Shown here piece by piece: positions 1 through 11,200 of a DNA stretch of 64,000 nucleotides. Position 1 is the first letter of the stretch, and each line of letters opens with the position of its first letter. The notes beneath the pieces were generated by a model, which did not search any database, was not told where the DNA came from, and saw only the letters and a list, made by a program, of their open reading frames with translations. Source of the DNA: Paraspadella gotoi (Eukaryota > Animalia > Chaetognatha); contig CM119269.1 of the NCBI GenBank assembly GCA_051294375.1, positions 5,529,609-5,593,608 of the forward strand, in the 5' to 3' direction. Both the position numbers and the translations under genes were made by a program.

Positions 1-1906
1 TGATGATTAGTTACGAAATATATTATATGCTTTAATTTATATTTGCCTCAAACAACAAATTTAAATAAGCAAATTTTAATTCAATGAAAAAATAATAAAA
101 TAAAAAATGCCAAGAACGACATTAACAAGTTTACATAACGATTAACGACATTAACAATTAGAGAGAAAAAGAGAAAAGCGTCTATCTAAAGTATGAACTC
201 TAAAAAAGGTTTTAACTTTGCAAAAAATTAACAAACCACTTTTTGCCACGACAAGGAGTTCAAACATTTTATTTCAGCTTATCTCGTCATCGGTTTTCAA
301 GAGTTGGCGTGAACTTTACTAATTAAATCATCTGTTCTTTTTCGGCTTCCCTTAAAATACAGGGTCTTCGAGCTATTTTAGGAATTTAATAAAATATTCA
401 TTGAGGCAGTAAAAATTAATGTACTGTAATCTTTTAAAATTTGATATGATTATAAAAAATGTATGAAGAACATATACATTTTTATTATTATAAGCTTTGT
501 CAATTACCACTTTAATTATACGGCTCCAAAAGGAAACAGACTTTTTCACCTGCGTTCAGCTGGCCGAGCCCGACTGTTCATCGAGCGTAGTGAAAGTTAC
601 ATATAAAAATTCTAAATGTCAATTATGAACAACATACCATCAGTGAACATTAATTTGTAAAAAAAATTAATTTATGTTCTTCAATATAGCAGTAGGCTAT
701 ATTTATATATAGTACTATCCTTTAATAAAATCAAAACATTTCAAAATATATATCATTTTTAAAACTTCTTTCATTGAGTTAAAAATTAAAAAAAAAAAAA
801 TTTAGTATAACAAAATTTTAATTTTCAGCTTAAAATATAGGTTTTTTATTAGTTTTTGTTTTGAAACGAATTTTATTTATAGTTGCAAACAAAAACTTTG
901 TCAATTCTCTAATTAATAGTAACAACGAAAAAGAAAGGATTATTTCAATAGGTTTTTTTATATATTTGATCAACTTAATGAAAGAATTTTTAAAAAAAGT
1001 TATATTTCTTTTTATCAACTTTTTATGACGAATCTGAATCTGTAAAATAATCTAACAAAAAACTATTTTGAAATTTTAACATTTATTGGATTAGTAGTAA
1101 AATTTATTATAAAATTTTGTACACATAAATGTTCATTATTATAATATTGTTCGTTCCTCAATTTTGGAATTTTAATTAAAGTTAAATTTAGAATTTTTAC
1201 TACCCTTTAGAGTGTTCAGTGTTCAAAAATCATTGACGTTGTATTAAGGTTTGTAAATACCTCTTAATAAATTTCGGCGCGAAATACAAACCAAATTATT
1301 CCAATAAATAATGTATTAGGAGGTGAATCTGGGTATCGTATTAAAGGCAAGACCAAACAGATTATAAATCTGTATACTTTTTGTTATATGATTTATTATA
1401 TTTTTAGTTAGGTTTATTTTGTCATATGCCAAAATTGTTTTTCAAAATAGCTCTAAAACCCAGTACATTGAAGGCATGATTTTTCCGATTCGTTTAAATT
1501 GAAAAAAAATAATAGAGATTTCGGGAATTATACGAAGCCACAAAAATTCTCAAGCAATTACGGATTAGGATAAAAAATTTACGCATGAATTATGTTGTGA
1601 AAAAAAGTATTAATATTAACATTTTTTTTAAACAACAAAGTAATTGTTTTTTAAATGACTTAACAAAACAACCCTCTTGGTTACGAAACAATGGGAAACA
1701 TTTCACCAACTCAAAATGCTATCGATTTTCTTTTTTTTTTCCCAAGAAATACCTAAAAGAATGTTAAACTATATATAAATAGATGCGAGACGGAATGTCT
1801 TTAGCCCTGATCAGAGCGATTTTGGAGTCGTACTTAAACAATGCTTTAAATACTTTCAGTTTTCCGACCATTTCAATTTAAATTTTAAAATTCGGCACAT
1901 AAAAAG

Positions 1907-4900
1907 ATGGATGCCAAAATATTCACGCTGTTCTTCTTTCTTATTGCCTCGGACGTTTCAGAAGGAGAACACAAATCCGGCACTGGATTTGGACCAAAAG
2001 GTAAAAATTACTTTAGAAAATTACCGTATTTGAACAAGATATAGGTCATTGAGATGGATTTGACGTACCTTGATATACAGGAACTTCAACCTAAGGTGAT
2101 ACGAATAAACTTGTAATATAATCGAAACGAAGAGCGATTAGGTTATAAAATTGTTTTATACTAATACCTAGAAAAATACTTTTGTTTTCCACCAATTCGC
2201 AAAATTCTATCTAGGATATTTTCTGTTATAAAGATTTTCCTCAGAGGGTGTTTTATTTTTTGATCAATAAGTTACTGTAGTAAATGTATCATTAACCAGA
2301 AAAAAAGTTTTTAGTCGGATCTGCTTATTAGCAGATCCCGACTCTATAATTCACTTTGCCAGTGCTTCGGTCCGCCCCCTCAATCTTATCGGGCATTCAC
2401 TTATATCATGTCAGAACATCGAATTATAATAATTATACAAAAAAAATGTCCATCCGTCCGTCCGTCCCACCTTAGCAAAAAACACCAATTACTCGTGATT
2501 GGATGGATGGGTTGGAATAAAATTTTGTGTGTAGGTAGGGAAGTGTGTGATTGAGCTGGATATGAAGTTTCGATGGAATCGTCTGAGTGGAAATGAGTTT
2601 AAATGGAAAAAACAAAAAAATATATTTCATTATTTGAACACCAATTACGATTGACGATTGACCTGAAATTTTTTATGTGGGTAAAAAAGTGTGTGATTAA
2701 GCTGAAATCAAGTTTCGATAGAATCATTTGAGTGGAAATGAGTTTAAATGGTAGTTTATTTTTTTAAATTCTTATGTAAAACCTAACTTTTTATGACCAA
2801 AAAAAAATATTTTTACATCAGATAAATTTACGATCAGCAGTAAAAATTAATTTAATATTTGGAATAAAAAAATAAAGTGATTCCGCACTAGGGAGCCACT
2901 GTGATTTTTTTAGGTCAAAATAAATGTAAAGTTATTTTTTAACTACTAAATGTTATAAAATAATATACATTGAAAGAATTACGAGTTTAATAAAGTATTT
3001 TCGTATCACTTCAGATTGATGTCACCGAGTACTGAGTAGTGAATAGTACCTTGCCTAAAAAATTAGGAAATTCTATGAAACTACCCATTTCTGGACAAAA
3101 AATTTGTAATCCAAGGTCTACACCAAAGATGGGGATTCGTATCTGTTCGTTCAAAAGCTCATATGTTCTGGTGGCTTTTGGAGAGCCCAAATAAGAACAA
3201 GCCTTTGGTGATGTGGCTTCAAGGAGGTCCGGGAGGCTCGTCCACAGGATTTGGAAATTTTTTAGAAATCGGTCCTTGGAATCTGGACCTCAAGGTAACT
3301 CCTAATAGCTACGATCAAATTTTCCTCTTCAAATATCGCTTAGAAGAGATAGAAGTCGACCGGAAAGGCTATCGTTTTTTTTCGCATTAGCCAAACGCCG
3401 CCTCTTGGTTGAACGAATCAAATTTACTGTTCGTCGACAATCCCGTCGGAACAGGATACTCATACGTGGAGAACGAGTCTGCGTTCGCAAAAAATGTCGA
3501 AACCATAGCCGCCGACTTGGTCACTCTCTCGGAACAGTTCTTTAACGTGGAAGCGCCGGACATGCAGAAAGCCAATTTTTACGTCGTGTCTGAGTCTTAT
3601 GGAGGGAAAATGGCCGCCGCATTTGGCGTCGCTTTGCACAAGGGTAGTTAAAAAAACTTGTAATAATTAAAATAAAATATAAGTGAGAAAGTATTTGATG
3701 GATGTCGGAAAGATAAATTAATAACTTCAGTTCCAATTTCTTAAAAAAGCGATTCAGTCTGAAAGACTCAAGTGCAAATTCAAGGGAGTGGTGCTCGGCG
3801 ATTCTTGGATTTCTCCCATCGATTCCGTCCTCAGTTGGGGTCCCTATCTTTATGCAACTTCGCTGATAGACGACAAAGGGTTCTCGAAAATCAACGCGAC
3901 AGCAATGAAAACCAAAAAGGTTCGCTCTTTGATTCCGGATTAAATCCCAACTAGAAGTAGAACTTATCAGTCTTATGCTAGGCCCAGGCTTACTTCTAAG
4001 CGTTTACTATTATATCCGGCAAGGCGGTGGAGAACGAGCAATGGCGAGACGCGACAAAACTATGGGGAGAGACGGAAAGAGTGATTCAGGAGGTGGCAGA
4101 CGGTGTCGATTTTTACAACATCCTGAAAAAGGAGAGACTACCACTTTTGTACGCTAATGGTCGACCGATAGACCCCCTTCAAGTATTCGGAAAAACTCGT
4201 AATACATTTTGATTTTGAGAGTCAACGAAGACTATTTAATACAAACTAAAAATTTTAACTTATGCCAGGTTTTATTCAACAATGAATTCTCTCAAGTTTA
4301 CAGTAACACTCTTGGAGTTTTGATGAATGGACCGGTTAAAAAAGTACTGGAGATCCCGGCAGGTTATCAACATTGTTATTTGTACATGGTGACAATTTTA
4401 TAAGCGCCGCTTGAAAAGAGCTGTCATTCGAAACACGTTAAAAATGAATTTAAAAATAAATTTCATTCGGTAGAGGAGACAAAAATCATTTTGTTAACGA
4501 CACGGATTTAAAATGGGAGTGAAAAGAAAGGATCAAATATTGTGGCCAAATTATTTGTTAATGCAACTTCAGATTTTGCATTCTGGTAAAAAAATCGCTA
4601 ACGTTTTTCATTTTCCAAATCCCATTGCTCCAGCTTTCTTACTTTCTAAGTTATAAGCTCATCAATGGCATGGTCAAATTTCAAAAAAGAAAATTTTTTG
4701 CATTTGAATAAGACCTTCCTGTTATAAGATATATTTTTATGAAAAAAAATGAAATGATAAAAAATTTTGGTTCATCTTACAGATATAGACATTGGAGTAT
4801 GCGCCTAAGCAATCAGAATGTCAAATATTTTTTCACAGCCACAATGTCAATGACAGTCCTTTTCATTTTATAGTTTTTTAGTTAAAACTTATAGAAAATA

Positions 4901-7673
4901 AAAATTTCAGGGTTAAAAAAAATTGCAAATGAATGATCTGCCAAGAGCCTGCTGCCTTACTAAACCTTGAAATATATTAATAAGAATTTTTTTGCATACT
5001 CCCAAGTCATTATACGAACGAAGAGTTTTAAATGGAAATATTAAATAAGAAGAGAAAAATGTTGAAAAAAAAGCTGCCGGAAGGCAAGCGCACCAGTTGC
5101 AATGAAGCTATGAACATAAACGTCAGGAACTTTTGAAATAACCAAATATTAATCACAGTCAGTCAGTTAAGAATTATAACAACTCTTTTTATTTCACTCC
5201 AATTTGAAATCCGTGTATTCCTCACTAGTATTCCTAATCGTATTACGCTTAACATATGCTTATTTGAATCATAAAAAACTCATTTCTTATATATATATAT
5301 ATATTTATATATAATATATATTGGTATTATTGATTTGGGTATCTGACATAAAATACAATGAAAATTCATCAGCCATTTTAAACGTCAAAGGTAAAAAGGC
5401 TTGTGCGTCTGCATAATTAAACAATATCTAATAATTAAATAAAATATTTAAATTATACTTTTGAAATAAATAATAAAAAAGAACATATAACATGTCTAGC
5501 AAATTTATAAAATTAGTTTGTATCTTTGGAACTAATTTTTTGCTGTTTTTGGTAACTTCCGGTTTGTAAAAATAGTTTTCAAACATAATAAGCACCTAAA
5601 ACTATTTTTTTAATATATTAACTAACTTGCAATGCAATATTCTAGTCAGGAATGAACTAATTATATTAAAAAATTAAATTTAAATAGAACTTGTTCAAAA
5701 AATCTACGAATATTTGTGAATTTTGACGCTCGTGGTACTTTGGCGCTCCTGGGAAGGGCCAAGAATTTTAAAAAGTCTAACAAAAGTCATATATTCAGAT
5801 AGAACGGAAAAAAAGGAAAAAAATGTCGTTTTCCTGAGATTTCTATCTTAAAAAGAATCGGATTTAAATGTGTCTAATATATATATTAGTTTTTTTAATC
5901 TTTAACTTAAAAGCTATAAAAGTTACCAAAACAAAAAAAATTTCGGCGGCTTATTCATTTTCTAAGATGGTAGATGAAAAATTGAGCTTTCTGAATCTGA
6001 AACAAATACAGTATAGGTGCGAGGCTGAGATTAAGACGTCAGGGTCTTTGCTACTATTTCTCTAACTTGATTCTATTAATACTTACTTCTTAAACCATAT
6101 TATTCCATATCGTACTTTTCAGGAGTAGTTTGGGGACGCCAATCAAGACAAGTATTTACGGAAAACGCAGCAGACTTTATGAAGCCCGTTATTGCGTCAG
6201 TAGATGAACTACTAAATTTGGGATATAAAGTACGTATAATATATTTGTATAGAGATGAAACGAAAAATTCGTTGTAATAGCAATTTTTATTTTTTTTTAT
6301 TTTTGCTATTTGCTATTACAACGAATTTTTCGTTTCATCTCTAAACTATTTTAAATAGCAAAAAAGAAAGTCAAAATACAATATATTTGTAATATTATAC
6401 ATAAAATATTTATAGATAATTATGAAAATTTGCAAACTACTTGTTTGACTATTTTCTATTTTAAATTTTAATATTTTTATGAAGGATTTAGTATTTAATC
6501 TATATTTTTAACTCAAACATATATTGCTTTCTTTTTAAAATGTTATATTTTACTTCATATATTTACATGAATTAGAAATGAGGTAAACTTTTTAGGTAGC
6601 CATTTTGAATGGGCAGTTGGATCTTATCGTTGACACAATTGGCACAAACGTTTGGGTTAAAAAATTAAAATGGCAGAATTTGCAATTCTGGCAAAACGCC
6701 AAACATGTCCCATTATATGACAAAGGTAAAACGCTGTGGTCATTATTGTCATGTTGTAATAAAACAAGTTTGAGCAAACAATGCCGGATCTGCCCACGAT
6801 CATTAGTCGTAAGACAGTGATCAGATAATTAATTAATTAATTAATTAATATTAATTTGTTTTATTTGTGCCAAAATCGTTTTCCACTTTGTCTCGCCACT
6901 CAATCACAAAACAACAATCTCGATCACAAAATTAATTAATTAATTAATTAATTACAAATAATTAATAATTAGTGCAGTTTGAATTAACATATAAAAATTT
7001 TAAAAAATCATAATCAAATAGTGAAATAGATTGTTTGTTTTTTTTCATTTTAACTCCTTTCCACATGGACGATTCCATCGAAACTTTATTTCCTGCTCAA
7101 ATACTCACTTTCCTACCCACATACAAAATTTGAAATCAATCACTCCATTCACTCATGAGTAATTGGCGTTCAAATAGTAAAATATATTTTTTTGTTTTTT
7201 CCATTTTAACTCATTTCCACTCGAACGATTCCAGCGAACCTCGATTTCCAGCTCGATCACACACTTTCCTACCCTCACACAAAATTTCATTCCAATCCAT
7301 CCATCAAATCACGAGTAATTGGTGTTTTTTGTGGGACGCACGGACAGACGGACGAACATTTTTTTTGCATAATAATCTGACATGATATAAGTGAATGCCC
7401 GACAAGATTGGGGGGGCGGAATTACAGTGAATTATAGAGCCGGAATCTGCTGTAAGCAGATCCTGCTAAAAACAAAAAAGGGAACGAGATTTATTCGCCT
7501 TTACTATAGGGCTATATCCTCTGACGGGAGCGTTTAAAAAAGAATACAACAATTTCTCATACTTCTGGATCTTAAGAGCCGGACATATGGTACCGCACGA
7601 TCAGCCAGAAATGGCGCGTCGTATTTTAAAGATAATTACAGGTCAATGTGGTGGCATTTTCAACCCATGTTAA
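1907..7673 (+). CDS. SCPEP1: Serine carboxypeptidase (peptidase S10, SCPEP1/RISC type), 9 exons: ~1907-2000, 3116-3294, 3391-3643, 3750-3919, 4024-4182, 4269-4362, 6123-6229, 6596-6725, 7510-7673
   Basis: Signal peptide MDAKIFTLFFFLIA. Family motifs HMFWW and WLQGGPGGSSTGFGNFLEIGP, FVDNPVGTGYSY. Catalytic triad motifs SESYGGK (Ser), NGQLDLIV (Asp), RAGHMVP (His). GT-AG introns with consistent phases. Confidence 0.93.
2309..2760 (+). mobile_element. Non-autonomous Helentron-associated (HINE/DINE-1-like) element, family 1, partial
   Basis: Starts TTTTTAG, then hairpin GGATCTGCT..AGCAGATCC, (GTCC)n microsatellite and internal repeats. Reverse-complement match to 7030-7472. Confidence 0.6.
4501..5216. 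mobile_element. MITE-like element
   Basis: Imperfect terminal inverted repeats CACGGATTTAAAATGGGAGTGAAA ... TTTCACTCCAATTTGAAATCCGTG. Lies next to a copy (4385) of the terminus of the 16212 MITE. Confidence 0.5.
6250..6343. repeat. Perfect intronic inverted repeat with 34-bp arms
   Basis: TAGAGATGAAACGAAAAATTCGTTGTAATAGCAA at 6250-6283 and its reverse complement at 6310-6343. Confidence 0.9.
6762..7472 (-). mobile_element. HINE/DINE-1-like element, family 1, apparently full length, in the last SCPEP1 intron
   Basis: One end is AAACAAGTTTGAGCAAACAATGCCGGATCTGCC, also found at ~14403, ~15210 and ~20654. The other end is a hairpin followed by GCTAAAAA. Contains a (GGAC)n microsatellite and internal repeats. 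Confidence 0.65.
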
Positions 7674-8290
7674 TATCATCGCAGAAAATGGACCAGAAGA
7701 ACTCAGGAACAAACTAAATGGTTTTTTCTCTTAGATATTATTAAAAATCAAATAAAAAAATTGGATTAGAATTCTAATACCTATAGTATGGACTAGACAA
7801 TGTTTATACCAAATGCAAAGTTAGTTCTTCTACAAATGAAACAATTTCTAGACCGAGTCCGTATGTCTCAATAAGCAGAAGTTACCTTGTTCAGTGAGAA
7901 AGTTCACCAAGAAATTATTTAAAATCCATTCTGATTGTGCTTATGATCAGCGTTTTTTTCATAGCCTAAATCACATTTTAAAAGAGTAATAAAAGAACCA
8001 GTTCCTGTATAAAAAATTTTAAAAAGCTAAAAACAATAACCATCACACTTTAAAAATCATTGAAAACGAAACCAAACATTAAAAAAATTAAAAACAATGG
8101 TATAAAATCATTTTAGAAAAAAAATATAATGAAACTCGATTTTGAAAAGTTAATCACTTTCATCAAGAATCCAAAGTTAAGAATGGCACTATAATCTAGA
8201 TACTATAAAAAAACAACTGACAGCCAGATATTTGTAAAAAATACGTATATCTAGGTAAATGTATATTTTAAAAACAAGAAAATTAACAGA

Positions 8291-11200
8291 TTAATGAGGA
8301 CAGAAATGAAGCCAGTTACTGGCTATTTCTTGGGGGTAGCCAGTGGCTAAACCATCTTTGTTAGACATATAGTATTTACCACGATCGTTAAAAAAGAAAA
8401 TTAATTCATCGTTCCAGACTGCAGCTGACGTTATGCCCTGCCACCAATTAGAGAGATGATCATTGCGCGGAATTATTTCGTCAATATATGATTTTGCTGC
8501 AAAACAAATATTAAAACTGATCATCATGACATCGAGCATCTGTGTTTCATGTACTTTGTACAGGGATGTTCAGCTTTTTTCGGAAAAAAATTTATGTACA
8601 CACAACTCGAGAGCAGTTTAAAATAAAAAAAAAATTATATATTGGAAAGCTGGGCGGTTTTATCTTTTGATCCATACTCAGTTTAACCAGAAGATCATTT
8701 CGTAAACATTTTAATTCAGTTTTTTTATCACATGTTTAATTTTTTCTGCTATTTCCTTGATAAGAAACGACAAAAACAGACTTGTAGCCCCGGTTTTTTT
8801 AAATGTTATCCTAAGTTGCAGTTAATTCAAATAGCGATGTCGCTGGCGATTTGCGCATGAGTCGAAGATGTGGTTCTAGTTGGTTGGCTACTTTGCCATA
8901 GTGATATCGCCAGGGATCTAACGGTGTCGCCATTACCCTCACTGGCGACTTCGCCAATGATGAAAAATAAAAATATTAAAAAAGACGAAAGGCTCGCGGC
9001 TAACGTTGAACGGGACACCCGGGTTAAGGTTGGGGGAAAGGCCCGTGGGAGACGTTAGGGTTAAGGCTTAAGACAGGAGGCCCAGGTTAGGTTTAAGAAA
9101 GTGGCTTGCTGGTGATGTCGCGAGCCGGGTTTGATACAGGGCCAAGGCGAGTCACCCCTAGGGGGCAAAAAAAACAACTTTTTTTTTAAAAAAGAAAAAA
9201 AAATTCGTAGGATCATTTGTATTAATATCATAGATCAAATTTTAAAAATTCCCTCGATAGTCCCATTTCTATTGCCCTATAATGTCGGTCTAATAGTTTG
9301 ATTGGAACCGATTCTCGGTTAGAAAAAACGAAAGGGCATTTTCTAATATGAAGCCTTCTGTATTTCTTTTTCTATAAGCCTTAATTTTGGTCAGGCATTA
9401 ACTATCGCATTTCCCTTTTACCCCCTGGATTCTGCTTTCGTCGCAGTGGTGCCACTGGTGTCACTGGCAGTGGTAGTACCTTGAGCTTTATCACTATCTT
9501 TGAAGTTGAACCCAATTCAAGCTTAGCGATAGCTCCAGGATCCATACTATCTGGGAAAAAAGTATATCAAATAATTGTTGAAAAGTTTATTTATTCAATA
9601 AAAAATATATGTAAAACATTCTAAATATTTGGTAGGCCCTTCTTCAGCATCGACTACTGCCTGTATTCATCTGGGCATGCTCTCATACAGCGAATTGAGG
9701 TATGACAGTGAAATGTTTTTTTACATCTTTAACGCAATTCTTCTCAGCCCCGATGTTGATGTGGCGCGTTTTTCCCTCTTTTCTGAGAGTTATAATGGTA
9801 CGTTTTTGAACCCAAAAAAGTGCAATATTTTTAGCATTGCCAAATAAAAAAATCTTAAAAGTAAAATGATCTCGCCAGACGTTACTATCAAAGAAAATTA
9901 ATGGAAAAAAACAATGATCGATGCGATAACGAATTATTGATATAATAATACAGTGTGTCTCAATGTAACTGTCGGTTAAGAAAAGCTTAATGCTAGTAAT
10001 TGATTGATTGATGTAATAATAATTGATTAATTAATGTAATAATAATTGATTGATTGATGCGATGATAACCAAAGGATTGATGCGATGATAACCAAAGGAT
10101 TGATGCGATGATAACCAAAGGATTGATGCGATGATAACCAAAGGATTGATGCGATGATAACCAAAGGATTGATGCGATGATAACCAAAGGATTGATGCAA
10201 TGATAACCAAAGGATTGATGCGATGATAACCAAAGGATTGATGCGATGATAACCAAATGATTGATGCGATGATAACCAAATGAATGATGCGATGATAACC
10301 AAATAATTGATGTGATGATAACCAAATAATTGATGTGATGATAACCAAATGATGGATACGATGATAACTAAATGATGGATGCGATGATAACCAAATGATG
10401 GATGCGATGATAACCAAATGATGGATGCGATGATAACCAAATGATGGATGCGATGATAACCAAATGATGGATGCGATGATAACCAAATGATGGATGCGAT
10501 GATAACCAAATGATGGATGCGATGATAGACCAAATGATGGATGCGATGATAACCAAATGATGGATGCGATGATAGCCAAATGATGAATGCGATGATAGCC
10601 AAATGATGAATGCGATGATAGTCATTCATTGATACGATGATAATCATTCATTGACGCAATGAATCATTCATTGTAAATAAACAAATGTGTGTATGAGTCA
10701 GAGGGAGAGAGAAAGAAAGAGAGAGAAGTTGGACATTATATATATATAAATTGTTTTGCAAATAAAACAAACAAATAAATGGAGGAATATGAAATATGTG
10801 AATCTAAAAGATCTTGCTGATTAGAAGCTACATCTAAACGAAAGGTTTTTTTTTAGTTAACGATTTTTATTTAATAATGGACATGTTTCGACTTTAGTAA
10901 AAGTCTTCTTCAGCGCAATATCAGTTAAACTGAAGGAAATGAAAAATGAAGCTATATCTATTATCTAATTCTAAATTTTTAGCTTCCAATGGTTACGCAC
11001 TAGAGCTATTTTCAATATTGAAACAGCGTGACGACGACGACGACCACGACAACTACGGTCAAAAGAAGCAGAAACGAATTAACATCTTAAAATAAAAACA
11101 AATAACCATATACTGAAATAATAAAAAATTAAATATGATTTTTTTTGCAATTTTTCATTTGGAGTAGCGATCTTTTTTTGCCTGTAACTTCTAAACGATT

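Noticed and set aside
1-1800. Short AT-rich ORFs
   Set aside because: Low complexity with no motifs; part of the region resembles the repeat at ~17500-17660.
10056-10625. Possible CRISPR array (also considered for 57612-58098)
   Set aside because: No unique spacers, no cas genes, and the context is eukaryotic.
9993-10647. Four overlapping His/Ile/Ser-rich ORFs
   Set aside because: Artefact of a 23-bp minisatellite that lacks stops on the minus strand.
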